Source: Cyanophora paradoxa CCMP329 (lineage: Eukaryota; Plantae; Glaucophyta). Taken from it: a stretch of 64,000 nucleotides of DNA. Positions 48,501-60,200 of this stretch are shown piece after piece. The notes under the pieces were generated by a model, which saw only the letters and a program-made list of their open reading frames with translations, was not told where the DNA came from and made no database searches. Every line of letters starts with the position of its first letter. Position 1 is the first letter of the stretch. The stretch covers positions 1 through 64,000 of the forward strand of contig QPMI01000145.1 in NCBI GenBank assembly GCA_004431415.1, given 5' to 3'. Position numbers and translations under genes: made by a program.

Positions 48501-48851
48501 CCAGCGTCTCCCGCACGAACTTGAACTCCTCCTTCAGTTTCCGCTGCACCTCCTGCAGGTTCGCCGGGCCGTACGGGTGCACTGCCGAGAGCCGGTCAGC
48601 GCTGCGACGCGCCTGGGACGAGCGAGGGCGGCGCACGCTTCTCTGCGTCCACCGCAACTGCGAGAGCGACGCATGAGGACGTCAGCGGAGCGATCGGAGA
48701 GGCGCGGGACGCGCGCACGGGGTCCGTCTGCCGCAAGCCTCTCGGTGGTTGGCGGGAGGCCCAACGACACGAAGGCGTCATCTAGCGTCGCGCGTATCTT
48801 CTGCACCGACGAGAGGATCGTCTTCCGCTCCTTCTTCTCGGCGCCATCCAT
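45600..48851 (-). CDS. MED1: Mediator complex subunit 1-like protein (multi-exon)
   Basis: Spliced blocks follow the order I recall for the Med1 domain: VLTLATTNILID, GMIQSAKLTY, DADRHLTELLRRGQ|LEELAVQLRGLTRLEALD, GHGLVRG..GTRLLYYVS, QFCLRLDPPV, HHY, VSRLPMTHGGQLLPILALLRQ|ELAFGELLASC, VHPQ..LFSVRFEV, SMSVPETI. ATG at 48851, TAG at 45600-45602. Recognised by eye, not by HMM. Confidence 0.72.
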
Positions 48852-49138
48852 TTTTTTGCTGGTAGGGGTACAGTGGGCTCAATCCAGCCAGCAAGCCAGC
48901 CCTGCAAGCAGCGAGCCAGCGGCACCCGCGTTCAGCTTGGCGCCTTCTCAGCTCATCTGGAAGCTCCCTGTGACTCGAACCCGGCGCCTTTCCGCCTGCG
49001 ACCCTCCAGCATAGCTCGCGGTCCGCCCTCCCTCCGGCGGCGACCCGCACAGGATCTATCTAAAGCACCGGAAGCCCTTGATCCAGCCTGCGCGGCCTCG
49101 CTCTCTTAGCTAGGAGCTGCAGAACTGGTCTCCGTCCC
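48852..49138. promoter_or_regulatory. Probable bidirectional promoter between the MED1-like and RING-H2 genes
   Basis: Only 287 bp separate the divergent ATGs. No specific motif identified. Confidence 0.45.
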
Positions 49139-50169
49139 ATGGCGCCCGCGGCGCTCTACGGAGGTTCCCCCTCCCCGTACGCTCCAGAAGGCGAGCTCTG
49201 GAGGTTCTTCGGCACAGTGAAGGAGGGGCTAAGTGACCTGGCGAACACGATTATGACCTGCGGATGCTGCACCACGCAAGCCGAGCGGGACCCGGTGCGC
49301 ACGCACGCTCGGCATCGCTTGCCCGTCTCTTCTCACGCGTGCCTCGCCTGCGGCAGCTCGAGCTTTCGAGGCGGCGGTGGCTGGGCCAGGCCGGCGGCGA
49401 GGACGAGAGCGCGGCGGTCGAGGCGCTGCTTGAGGCGCAGGCGCTGCGCGAGATTCGATCCTCGGCGCCGCCGACCGTCCGCCTGCCGTCTCCGGTCGGC
49501 CTCACGGACGAAGAGCTCGCCAAGAGGCTGCAGGTCCGCCCCGCCGCGCGGCCGGCCGGCTGACCGCTGTCGCTCCCGCCTCCGCTAACGATCGCCGACA
49601 GGATGAGGACGACGAGTCGTACGCGCGCGAGTCCGCCATCTCGCTCGAGCGCGCCCGCCGCGCTCTGGCGCTCCGCGGGGCCGTCGAGCACCGCTCTGAC
49701 GGTGCGGCCTGCCCGACGCGCGCGCGCGCCTCCCCGCCGACGCGCCGCGCTCCGCAGGGGCGTACACGATGCCGGTCTCGTACGAGCGGCCGGAGGACAC
49801 CGCGCCGCCGCCGCCGCGCGCGCGGCACGCGCCGCCCAACGCCGACCAGCGCGCCGCGCTCTTCCGCCGGCTCCCCACGCGCTCCTTCCACGCGGCGCCG
49901 TGGCGGCAGGAGGGCGACGACGACGAGTCCCATACGTGTCAGGTCGGCCCTGCCCTGTCCGCTCCGCCCGGCGCCTTCCTAGCGCTTGCCGCTCAGCGCC
50001 GGCCTCCGCCCCCGCCCCGCAGATCTGCCTGGAGGGGTACAGGGAGGGCGACCAGCTCTCGGCGCTGCCCTGCCTCCACTCGTTCCACACCCGCTGCGTC
50101 GGGGCCTGGCTGCAGGGCTCCCCGCAGCCCACCTGCCCCCTCTGCAACGTGCCCCTGCGCATCTCCTAG
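49139..50169 (+). CDS. RING-H2 E3 ubiquitin ligase with an MIU-like ubiquitin-binding helix (multi-exon)
   Basis: TCQ|ICLEGYREGDQLSALPCLHSFHTRCVGAWLQGSPQPTCPLCN is a C3H2C3 RING split by a GT-AG intron. DEELAKRLQ|DED lies at about 49507-49610. Confidence 0.88.
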
Positions 50170-50763
50170 GGGCTGCGCCCACCTTCAATTTCAAGTTTCC
50201 AGCAGGTAGCTTACTTGCAGGTAGTTTCCTCTTTACAGCGGATAGCTGCGGGTAGCTTAAGTGATTGTTTGTTTTCGCTTGTCTGATTCTGATTTCCGCT
50301 CAATTTCGCCTAACTTTCAATCCCCTTTCGGACGTGGGGATCCCGCCGCTGTTGTTGTACATGTGATGCCTGTGCCTGCTTGCTGTAGATTTGCGCGTTT
50401 CTAGGCCCCCCAAAGAAGACTAATGCAGCGCGTCGTTTTTGTAGATAGCGGTCGCTTTTTGTAGCAAGGCCGTAGCTTCTGCTTGAAGCGGTGAATGAAG
50501 GACTTAGCGTTCTCTGATTTTTCTCCCGGACCAGATTCTCCTCAGCCACACTCGTTCAGGTTCTCTCGATCCCTCACTTCAGTAGTAGGGCAGCTGAAGC
50601 AGGGGGGGGGGGGGGGGGGGGCGATTTGATCCTAAATTGAATGATCTGCAGCTGGCGCAGAAAAAAAACAGAGCCGAACAGAAACCTACGCATGCGCATG
50701 CCATTCAGAACCTATACGAATCTAATATTAATCACGTGCGTGTGCTGCACTGCGGCAACGATA

Positions 50764-50834
50764 TCGGCTCAGCGGCTTAATTAAGCCGCTGAGCCGAAAA
50801 TGAATCCATTGTAAGTTTGCAATGGATTCATTTT
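50764..50834. other. Two abutting hairpins: 34-bp perfect palindrome and a 15-bp stem with an 8-nt loop
   Basis: TCGGCTCAGCGGCTTAATTAAGCCGCTGAGCCGA (50764-50797), then AAAATGAATCCATTG-TAAGTTTG-CAATGGATTCATTTT (50797-50834). Confidence 0.9.
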
Positions 50835-51238
50835 TTTGGCTGGAAACAGACAACTGGGCTCCGAGGCTCAGTACTAGTGGGTTGCCGCCAGTGCGTGCAC
50901 TGTCAGTGCGATTCCTCGTATTTCCATTGTAGATTTATGTCATCTCACAATAAATAAATTCAACGAAAGAAATGACTACTGCAGTGCCACGTTGCATACA
51001 GATGGGCTTGCAAATATATTCAATGATAAGATGATCATTGCTAGTTAGAGAGCGTATATACGCATGTTTTCAAGTTTGCGCAGTAAGCTATCCAGCCGGC
51101 GCCAGCACGTGAGCAATGTGCGGACGTGATCGCTCAGCCCGAACACTATGCTGGATAGAACTAGATGTAGATAACATTAGCGTAAATTAAATGAAGAAAG
51201 ATCTACTACTGCGAATATTTGCGGATTCAACTAGGCAG

Positions 51239-54200
51239 CTAATCGTTCGACTTCTTGTACTTGTGGAGGGCGGGGACTTGCGCGATGACCTGGGCAGGCA
51301 GCATCGACACGAACTGCGTCGTCCGCGTGCCTGCGAAATGAAAAGAGAGAGAGAGGGATCAAACAGAGATCTAGAATAAGAGCCACATAGCGGAGAGAAA
51401 CGGCGCCTCCATTTCAAGCGCACATTCCGTTTGGAGCCGGATGATTACTGAGCGGAACACGAAGACTGCGAGGTCGCAAGGCACGGAATTTAATTTCAGA
51501 GATTTCAGAGGGCGACATTACAAGCTCTGGAATTGTTTGCGCGCGCACCGTAGAGGCCAACGACGAAGAGCTGTAGAATTTGCAACGAAAAACGAAACGA
51601 AGAAAGAAAGAAACAGGTCAGCAAAGTTGCGATTGGGCAGTCCGGAGCACAAAAATTTAAATAAAAGGAAGCCCGGCGCGCACGATGTTGAAGGCGAGGA
51701 CGTAGGATTCCACAGTGATCACTGACGATCGTGAGGACGTGAGCCGCGGTCCACCGCAGGCTTCTTCTAGATGTCGGCGGGAGAGGGACGGGGGGGAGCC
51801 GGCTCACCGGTGTTGATCTTCTCGTCGGCCATCTGGGCGGCACCGGCGCGGACCGTGAGCGTCCGGATCCACTATAGCTAGCATAATGAAGGCGCTGGCG
51901 GCACCTGCTGGTAGGCCTGCATGGAGCGGGTGAGGCCGTCATCCAGGTTCTCCGACTCGTCGATCTCCAGGATCTGTTCGAGCTCGATCAACTTGGCAAG
52001 TTCGCGAAGCGCCGGGACGGGCGCGGGACGGGCGGACCTGGCGCATCCCCGCGGAGCGCTCCTTGATGTCGGTGACGTTGTAGAAGGGCCGCGGGCCCGC
52101 CCCCCGCAGCTCCGCCAGTCGCTTCGCGTCCGGCTGAGGCGCGCGAGGGGCGGATACATGTAGCTCAGAATCCGAAGCTCGAGGACCGCGGCAGGGCAGG
52201 CGCACCAGGCCGGCGTCGTCGAAGTAGCGGTGGTCCTGCAGCACGTTGTACGCGCTCCGGATGACGATCTGCAGCCTGCGCGCAGAGGACCTTGCAATCA
52301 GAGGCTGATTCCCTGCTCCGGTGTGAGCGATATCGCACATGAACTCGATGCCCGAGGTGACGGCCTGCATGCACGCGCACGCGCAGAAAAGCTCAGCTCC
52401 CAAATCAAAAGAAATCTGTATGAAGAGAACAAAGTATCCGGAAACGAACCGCCATGTTGGGGACCTCGCTGTCCACGCAGCGCGTGGCGTCGAGGTGCAA
52501 GCACTTCTCCTGCGAGGGGAAAGAAGAAATTCAAATTAAGCAGGCGGCTCGAGATCGAGCGAAACTAGCCCTTGCACGTTTTCGACGCCCCACACGGGCT
52601 GTAAAATATAAAAGAAATTGCGAAACGCGGAATGTCGCACCTCGAAGAGCAGACGGTCCTGGGCGGGGTAGCGGGCGAGGGCCGGCGAGAGCCGCATGCT
52701 CATGTTGCCGTGAACGAGCGCCATCTGAGGGCGGAGTCAAGTCGAAACGAACGCGTCGAGGCCAAGCGAGGTGGCTCGGGGGAGCGCCAGGCAAGCCCAT
52801 GTGACGTCAAAGTGGGCGAGCGTTCGCCGAACAGCGTGCGGGCGAGGGCAAAGGCCACATAATTATATAACATAGAAGCGGTTCGTATCACAGAATTGTA
52901 ACATAGAGTTCGAAGTAGTCCCCGAGGTCCCCTAAAGCAGGCGATCGATATCGCGGGTCACCTGCGTCTCGGAGAGCTCGACCGCCACCGCGTGCAGCTT
53001 CACCAGCAGCTCGTCCAGCGGCTTGTAGAAGCCGTCTGTGAAACGATCGAGTCTGTGAGTCGCGCTCGACGCGTGATCGCGAAGAGAACGGCACCGTTTA
53101 TGAAGGTCTCTCGGGCGTAGTGGTGGATCTGCGCGCGCCCCGCCCTCGTCAGCAGTGTGCTTTTATAATTAACTTTTGTGATTGGGGCCGGCCGCGGGCG
53201 CCGGCGCTGGCGCCAAGGTGGCCCGCAGCTTCGATTCGACGGCCCCAAAACTAACTCGCACCTCGGTGACGAGGGCCCAGCGGTGCCCCGCCTCGCGGAT
53301 GTACGCCGCGACGTACTGCGTCCGGTCCATGAAGACGAAGCAGAGCACGAACTGCGAATTTTAAAACGGGAAAGTCAATGGTAATCAGACAAGCGAGTTC
53401 AAGCTTATAATTAAGTAAGAGCTGCAGCAGGCGAAGAAGAAGAAGAAGCTAAAGCGGACGTTGGCGGCGGCGATGAGGGCGATGGCCGTGAAGCCCATAA
53501 TGTAGCGCTTCGTCAGGACCTGCGGCGCCGGGCCGGGCCCGGTCGGGCGGGATCAGCGAACTCGAAGCCGAAAACCGTTCGATTTCCGAAATCTTGAGGA
53601 GGGGCGCACGGAGATGATGTCGCTGGCGCCGTGCGCGTGGGATCCGGAGCCGGCGGCGTCGCCCCCTCCCTTCCTCTTGCTCTCTGCCGGTCGGCGCGGC
53701 CGATCTTCAGGCAACGCCGTCGCGAGAGACGCTTTTCGAGCTTTCGAGCAGACGCGCGCACCGGATGCGTCCGAGTCGACGGAGCCGGCGGACTGCTGCG
53801 ACGCGCGCCGGCCCTCGCGCTCTGGCTTCGGCTTGCCGTTCTCCGGGCCATGGCCGTCGACGGCGACGGCGATGGTGACGGCCGCGGGCGGGAGCCGGAA
53901 GGCGAGCTCCTCCACGTCGTCCGCCGAGGCGAACAGGCTCGCGATGGGGTTCACGTTGGCTGCCGAGGCGCCCGAGGCGCCCGCGCCCGCCGCGCGGTCG
54001 CGGTCGCTCGACGGATCCAGGTCGCCGCGCGGGCTCTCGAAGGATCGCGGGGCGCGCGAGATCGAGCGCCGCCGGAGCCGCGAGTTGCCGGACGGAACGG
54101 CGGCGGAAGAGGAGGCGAAGGGCGCGGAGGCGCTGACCGGTTCCGGATGCACGCGCCGCCCCGACGGCGGCGCCGGTGGCGCCGCCGCCGCCGCGCCCGT

Positions 54201-57200
54201 CACCAGCAGCTCTTTCGAGCTGGGAGCGAGGCTCCCGAGACCCCCGCCGCCGGCACCGGCGCCGGTGCCGGCGCCAGCAGCCATCCCCGCTTTCGAGCTT
54301 GGCTTCTGGGGCGAGGGCGGCGATATGGACGCATACGGCTGCACCGCGTCGCGGTCGACGTCGGCGACGTCCTCCAGCGCGGCGGGCGCGCCGACGGCGC
54401 CGGCGCCGGCGCCGGCGGCGCCGGCGCCCTCTCCCTCCAGCGGCTCCCAAAGCGCCGTTGCCGAGACGGCCGGGTTCCGCACGCTGCCCTCCCGCGAGCT
54501 CTGGGCGCTGTACACGCCCGCGAATCCGCTGACGCCCGCGGCGCCGCGCTCGGGCGCCAGCGACAGCGGCTCGCCCCCGATCTGGTACACGACGGTCCCG
54601 GACTCCGTCACGCGCACCGCCGCCGCGCCAGCGCCGCCGCCGGCGCCGTCGCTCGACCACGCCGACATTGCGTCGTGGTCTCCGCGGGCCGAGCCCAGAG
54701 CCGCCTTGGCGGGGCCCGGCTCGGTCACCGCGAAGGCGGGCAGGCGGGACGGCATGGGCGAGCCGGCGCCGAAGGAGGCTGCCCGGCGGAGCGAGCCGGA
54801 GGCGGAAGCGGGCGGCTCGAGGAAGGACTGGCTGGGGGACCATCCCTTCGGGCGCGGGTCGGTGACGCCGTGCGCCCGGTCCAGCTCCGCGATCGAAATG
54901 GCGCGGAGCGACGCGCCGGCGCCGACGCCGGTGCCGGCGCCGGCACCCGCGGCGCCGTTCCCGTTCCCCGCATCCTCCTGCCGCTCCTCCTCCTCCTCCT
55001 CCTCGTCGTCGTCGTCACTCGCGGCCGCGTCGTCGTCCTCGTTGTCCGACCTGCCGCGGCCGACGCCGAATAAACCGAAGCCGCAGACAGAATTCGAAGA
55101 AACGAGGGCGGAGCAGCAGCGCCGCATGCTCACCCGGCGTCGTCGACGCGGCGCATGGTGGCAAAGCGCTTGTACATCTGCTTCCGCACCGCCGGCGGCA
55201 TCCTGCGCAGGCGACCCCACAACACAAGTCCAACGTTAATTAACATGCGTGGAAATCGACACGGCGCATGAGATAAAAGGAGCGGAGCGGCGCACGAGAC
55301 GATGATCTCGTTGACGCCCTTCATCGACTCCCGGACCTTCTTGAAGGCCGGCTGGAAGACAAAGAAGGCGAGGACGAGCAGCGAGCCGAGGATCGCCGCC
55401 AGGATGCCCCCGATGGCCAACTCCGAGTCCTGCGCGCGCGCGCCGCCTAAACACCCACGGCCGAAGAGTAACTTAAAATTGAAAGCTAAATTTAAAGCTA
55501 TGGCGACGGCCAATCGTAAAACGCCGTGCGCGGGAAGATGCGCACGAAGCCCGTCGAGTAGATCTCTGCGCTCGCGTGGGACGGCGATGGCGATCGGGTC
55601 AGCGATCGCCAATTACACCGCGACAAGATGCGCAGCAGCGGGGAGGAAGGGAGGGCCTAGGCCTCCGCACGCGCGCGGCGCACCGTTCTCGTAGAGGGTC
55701 GTAGCCTTCAGCGCGGCCTCGAGGACGTGGTTGGGCGCGTTGTCCTGCGCACACGTCGACGTCCAGGAATTTAATGCAGGTCGTCCGATTTAATTTGTAT
55801 TTCTGCATCTATCTGGGACGGCGCACCGCGACGAATCGGAAGGACTGGAAGTTCGCCACGTCCCGCATCGTCTCCATCGTCGCCGTTGCGATTTCCTGTG
55901 CGCAATCCGCTTAGTCTTTGCGCGGAAGTCATGAGTTGCACAGTGGTCTGGTTTAATTTGCGCGTGCGCCGCGTTCGGGATCGCTTTGGTGCATGCGCGA
56001 TCTTGCTGTGGCGCAGCGCGGCTCGCCTTAACGATGCCGAGGAAGAAGTAGGAAACCGCCCAGAGGCTCATCGACGACTCGACGCGCGTCGCTGGTGGTC
56101 CCGGCACGTAGCGCTTCACCTGCATGAACGTTGACGGCGTGCATAATTATAATCTGATGGTTTGGTTTGGTAAAGAGAAGCTTAAGGCACCTGGACGACG
56201 GGCTCGGTCCAGAGCGCAGTCACCTGCGCCGAGGACGACGGCGGCACGCCCTGCGCAAAGCCTGCGCCAGGGTCACCATTCTGTTAGCTTAGCAAATAAA
56301 GAAGCGATGAAGTGCATGCGCATATGCGCCGCACCTAGGTACAGTCCGCGAGCGTCGGTGCCGTACAAATCTCTGCACGCATATGTGCACCAAGGTAAAC
56401 GTCACGAAACGCAGCGAGTTTGCAATACCGCGCACGTTGTCCTCAGCAGGTCGCCCCGGGTGTGCTCGAACTCGACATCGTCGCCCATACTCGCCGCCAG
56501 CTGTACGCTCCTCGACAGAAAGCAGAACTCGAGCAGGCTGCACGCGTAAGCGAGCCGGTCGCAACCAAGACCAAACACAAACGAATCGAAGACGGAACAA
56601 ATTCGTGTCGACGTCCTTCCGCACCGGCGCATTTGGGAGGAGGCGGCCGTGATTCGGTAGATCGATTGCGAGATGAAGTTGAAGACGAACATGATCACGA
56701 TGAAGAAGACGGCGGTCAGCGCTGGCGATGGCCGCGGCGCGGGCGCCGACGCGCGGCTCCAGTCAGCGGGAGCAGCGATCGCGATAGCGACAGCTGCAGG
56801 CATGCGTTTCAATGCACAAACGAGACGCGCACCGATGATAAGCGTAAGCCCGCCGATAATGCCCCAGCGGACTCTGCCCACACGTGCACGTGTAAATGAA
56901 TGTCGCTGACAAAGGAACATATACCTAATTGGCCATTAAAGCGTGGCGGGCGCACCGCTTGACGTGCTTGATGTCCTGGGCGGCGCCTTCGGAGCGCGCC
57001 GCCTCCCCGCGCGCCCGCGCCGCGACGTCCGACGAGCTCGCGCTCCCGCTCGCGCTCCCCGTCCCCTTCATGTATTTCTGGAGCGCGGGGAGCGTTTAAG
57101 AACGTTAAATTAAGGATATTTAGATGTCATATTATCTTTGTTGGATTTAGAAAAAGCAATGGCGGACCTTCTGCAGCTTCTTGAGCCTGGCGCTGGAGTG

Positions 57201-60200
57201 GGACCCGGAGCCGTTCGCCGCCGTCCCGCCGTCGCCCTCGTTCAGCTCGTCCATCTCGTCTGCGGGCCGGGCCGGGGGCGAGCGGCCAGCGCCGTAAGCG
57301 ACGCTGCGCATGCGGCCGCCGCTTTGAGCGAGGGCGATCCCGGATGCCCCGTACCGGCAGCGGCAAAGTGGATCTGGGCGAGATCTGTTTGGAATCACCT
57401 CAGTCCGTCAGATGTCGATATCGAATCAGGAGTTCCGAGCTAACGAAAAACGACCTCACCCGGGTCGTTCCCGGGTCCGAGGAGGTAAGCCCTGGACGAG
57501 GAAATCCGGGTCCGAGAAATCAGAGGAAGCCAGCGAAACGAAGTGCTTCGCGCACCCATACTCGCGAAGCAGCAGCTTGCTCTGCGGGTACTTTTGCAGA
57601 AGAGACCGGTAGGAATCGGTTGCCTGGATGATCGGATGAGCAAAGTAAACGCCAGTAGAACGTTAACTCCGCAACCTGCTATAGCTAATTTAATTTCATC
57701 GACTCACCGTTCGCATGGCCTTGCCGATGACCTCGAGCTTGCGTGGGACGCTGCTGAGCGCCGACTCGGAGACGCGCGTCCGCGAGAGGCTCTTCCACAG
57801 CGTCCGCAGCTGCGCGATCGACTCGTTGTGCCTTCGCGGTTGGAAGAGGACGAAAAAATTAAAGGATCAGCTTCTCGAACAGAGATTTAGAGGGCGGAAG
57901 GAAGACAGAGGCTCGCGCGCCATCGGGTTGCGCTCTCGTGGAGGCGGCGGAACTCGAGAACGGAGATGAAGTTCATGCCCTTGGCCTCCCCCAGGTTCGA
58001 GCTCGCCGTCTTCTGCTCGAAGTCCCGCTTCATCGCCACCAGCGCGAACCGGATGTCGAACGCCGGGTCGAGCGCCCACGCCTCCCGCTGCACCTGCAGC
58101 GCCCGCATCGGATTGTTCTGCGGCGCGGCCGTCAGCATGGGGAACAAGTTGCGTGGACTTTAGAATATTGATAGAACGACGTGGAGCCGACCCGCTGGAA
58201 AGCAATGTAGGTGCTGAAAGCCAGGCGGACGTATGCGCTCTCCGGGAAGATTTGGTATCTGTTTTCAAGTTGAATTCGACGTGAAACGAAATTAAATCGG
58301 ACAAAGATTGAGCGATAGCTAATTGCAGAGACGTGTTTGCGGACCCGGCGCGGTAGATCGCCTCAACGGCGTCGAGCGTGAGCTCGTTCCGGTCCCCGCG
58401 GGCGAAACGCGTCGCGACCTGATGGGGAATGATGCGCCGAACGCGAAAACCGCACATAGGAAGCCTATTAATATATATATATAATCACCTCGACCTCGAA
58501 AGAGATCCAGAAGAGGCGGGCACGGTCGCGGATCGCGCGGAAGACTGCCGGGGCGGGCGCAGCAGCGTCGGAAAAGAGTGAAAGGCATCAAAAATCAATA
58601 TTGCTGCTGCGTGACGAGGAGACGCACCGCGCTTTAGGAGCTCGAGGGTGCTGGTGCTGGACGCCGGCGGCAGCGGCAGCTCCGGGAACACGCGGGCGCT
58701 CCCGTTCGCCGACATCTGCCATTTTCGGAGTTTGATTTGCACGCTTCGCGGATGGCTGCAGGCGCATTGGCGCACCGAGGAGCGGGAGGCCATGGCGCGG
58801 TTGCCGCGGGACCAGTCGAGGCTCGTCGACTCTCGGGGGCCCCCCTGCTGCTGCTGCGGCTGCTGCGTTACAGTGTACCGCCGAGCCGCCCGCGGCAAGT
58901 TTGCGTCGCCTCCTCCTCCTCCTCCGCCGCCGCCGCCCGCAAAGTTCACCGTGCTCTGCACAACCGAAAGTTACATGTCCAACTCACGTACGCGTGCAGA
59001 GACGGCACATATATAACTGAACTCGCCTCCTTCCGCGCCGCGCGGCTCGAGAAGCGCATGGAGGCGGTGATCTCGGCGGCGAGCGAGGCGGCGTGCGCGG
59101 AGGCGGACGGCGGGTAGAACGCCGCCATCAAGCTCCCGATCGCCGACGCGTCCACCCCCTCCTCGATGATCCGGCGTCCCTGCATGCAGCCGAAAATCGC
59201 CTTATAATTAAAAACGCGACGACTCTGACATCTCGCGATCGGAACGTAATCCAATTGCAAGGACCTTAGCCTCGAGCTGCCCGTGGCGGAGCGCGGCGGC
59301 GAGCCAGCCGAGGACGAAGGAGCCGGCCGCCAGCACGAGGAACGCGACGGAGGCGCCGAACCGCGCGTCGCTGCGGCGGACAAGCCGCTGAGCGCGGCGC
59401 CGGCGCCGGCGCCGGCTGCCGCGCGCGCGCGCGCACCTTTGGGGATCGCCGATGGCGCCGAGAATGAGCGAGGCGAGCGCGAAGGTGAACGCCGTCAGGA
59501 AGAGGCCACCGTAGTAACGGCTGGCGCCGAGCGCGACCGCGTCAAGGTCAGATACACACACGCGCGCACATGCACTGCAGCATATGCATGCGCGGCGCCG
59601 AACGACTGCTCGTCAAGATCGAGATCGCGGGCGGCGCACTTCATAAAGGCGTTGTAGAATGGGAGGGTGAGGACGAGGCCCAGGAAGATGAGGGCGAGGC
59701 CGACCATGAGGAAGGCCATCACCAGCCGCGCGTCCAGGAACCGCGTGCAGAAGACCTGGGATCGAATTAGAGATCGAAGGACTTCGAAGAGATCGAAGGA
59801 ATAAGATATATAGAGAGAAGCGCACGATTCCCGTGCGGAGGACGGTGTACGCGAACATGACGCGGCCGTGCGCGCAGCTCTCAATGTTCTTGCTCGTCGG
59901 GCTGCAAAGACAGCGAATGAGGAAAGCAGGAAAACCGAGGCGGAACTCTGAATGATATCTAAATCTAGAGCCGGCGTCGCCTCGCGATCGCGTGCGCAGG
60001 ACAATCGAGGCGGGACTCTGATATATATCGATATCTAGATCTAGCTCAAATAGATTCGGCGTCGCCTCGAGGCCCGGGCCCGCTCAGTGATATCGATGCT
60101 CACTTTGTGTCCTGGTAGACGAGGGCGATGACAAGCATGAAGGGGATGAAGAGGGCGAGGAAGGCGGACGAGACCGACGCGTACCTGGGCCGAGGTCAGC

